Shown here: one piece after another, positions 63,362-64,000 of the stretch
Layout of the letters: each line of letters opens with the position of its first letter
Numbering within the stretch: the first letter of the stretch is position 1
NCBI RefSeq assembly: GCF_963921235.1
Contig: NC_086097.1
Span: 20,152,001-20,216,000 of the forward strand
Length of the DNA stretch: 64,000 nt
Source of the DNA: Mobula hypostoma
Lineage: Eukaryota
Direction of reading: 5' to 3'
Made by a program: the position numbers and the translations under genes
The notes under the pieces: model-generated
Databases searched by the model: none
Seen by the model: only the letters and a program-made list of their open reading frames with translations
Told to the model about the DNA's origin: nothing

Positions 63362-63973
63362 TGTAATGCCTTGGTTCTTTTTTTTTCCTGTTATGCTGTA
63401 CATATTTCATTTAGCAGTTCTGTAAGAGTAGTCTGCTCTGCTTTCAGCTTGGTTGGGTTATTGTTGAAGATAAGGGATGATGAGGAATGTGTCCCAACCA
63501 ATTAGGATGGGAAAACTGAGGGGAGGTTTTTCCTGGTGAGGGACACTAAGGTTGGGCTTGGGGCTTTTGTTCGGGGGAGGTGAAGAGAGAAGACACTGGA
63601 GAGAATAGGTTGTAGGATTCGATCCGGAGCGGAATTCGATGAAGCCGGGGCAATGACCACTTGAGGATCGGTGAATATGGCGAAATGTTGAGCTCCAACT
63701 TGTGCACATTTGACTGTTTAATTAAAATGGGCCCTTTTCTTTTAGTTTTTCTTTACTAACCCTTTGGTTAAGATTCATAAATATAATTCCTTTAATTGTA
63801 TGTAGTGTACTGTCTGTCATTTTGTGGCATCAATTTGTAACAGGGTAGCAAATTACACAGAATCTGCACAAACCAGGGCCTGGGGTGGAATAACCGACTC
63901 AATCTCACAAGTTCGGCGGGACCGGAGAGTGTCTTCCCTGGACTTATACAGCCAAGAAACCAGAGGGTTTTCA
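63362..63973. mobile_element. Solo LTR (related to 41643-42207)
   Basis: TGTAAT...TTTCA termini and a perfect 4-bp TSD CTTA. Confidence 0.85.
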
Positions 63974-64000
63974 CTTACAAAACTTGTCAGCCTCAGCTGG

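Noticed and set aside
41643..63973. Single giant provirus bounded by the two related LTRs
   Set aside because: Each LTR has its own TSD, they are substantially diverged, and six COQ6 exons lie between them.
1..64000. CRISPR arrays, rRNA genes or prokaryotic systems
   Set aside because: No regularly spaced repeat-spacer array or rRNA-like sequence seen. The DNA is spliced vertebrate sequence.

Overview
Eukaryotic, repeat-dense vertebrate DNA. The repeat landscape (CR1, V-SINE/HE1-like, Penelope-derived, Rex1, RTE) suggests a cartilaginous fish, probably a ray; this is inference. Two spliced host genes lie tail-to-tail: the last six coding exons of ENTPD5 (+, 3618-19984) and the last nine coding exons of COQ6 (-, 63252-36640). 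Both were assembled by hand from GT-AG junctions with consistent phases. The rest is mostly transposable elements, often nested. Main discoveries: (1) a Gypsy-type LTR retrotransposon in a COQ6 intron (56266-60136, two 198-bp LTRs, PBS, PPT, TSD) whose RT/RNaseH/integrase region is replaced by an intronless SUDS3 (Sin3-HDAC subunit) cDNA, fused in frame behind the protease; (2) an intact full-length CR1 whose ORF2 has no AUG before the endonuclease domain but overlaps ORF1 in the -1 frame across an in-phase U UUA AAC slippery heptamer, also present in a second, diverged CR1 family here; (3) minimal type-I hammerhead ribozyme motifs in Penelope-derived repeats; (4) a 5'-truncated CR1 that gained an in-frame ATG from a hAT transposase remnant. 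No database searches were run. Homologies are by recognition of protein motifs, and TE boundaries without TSDs are approximate.
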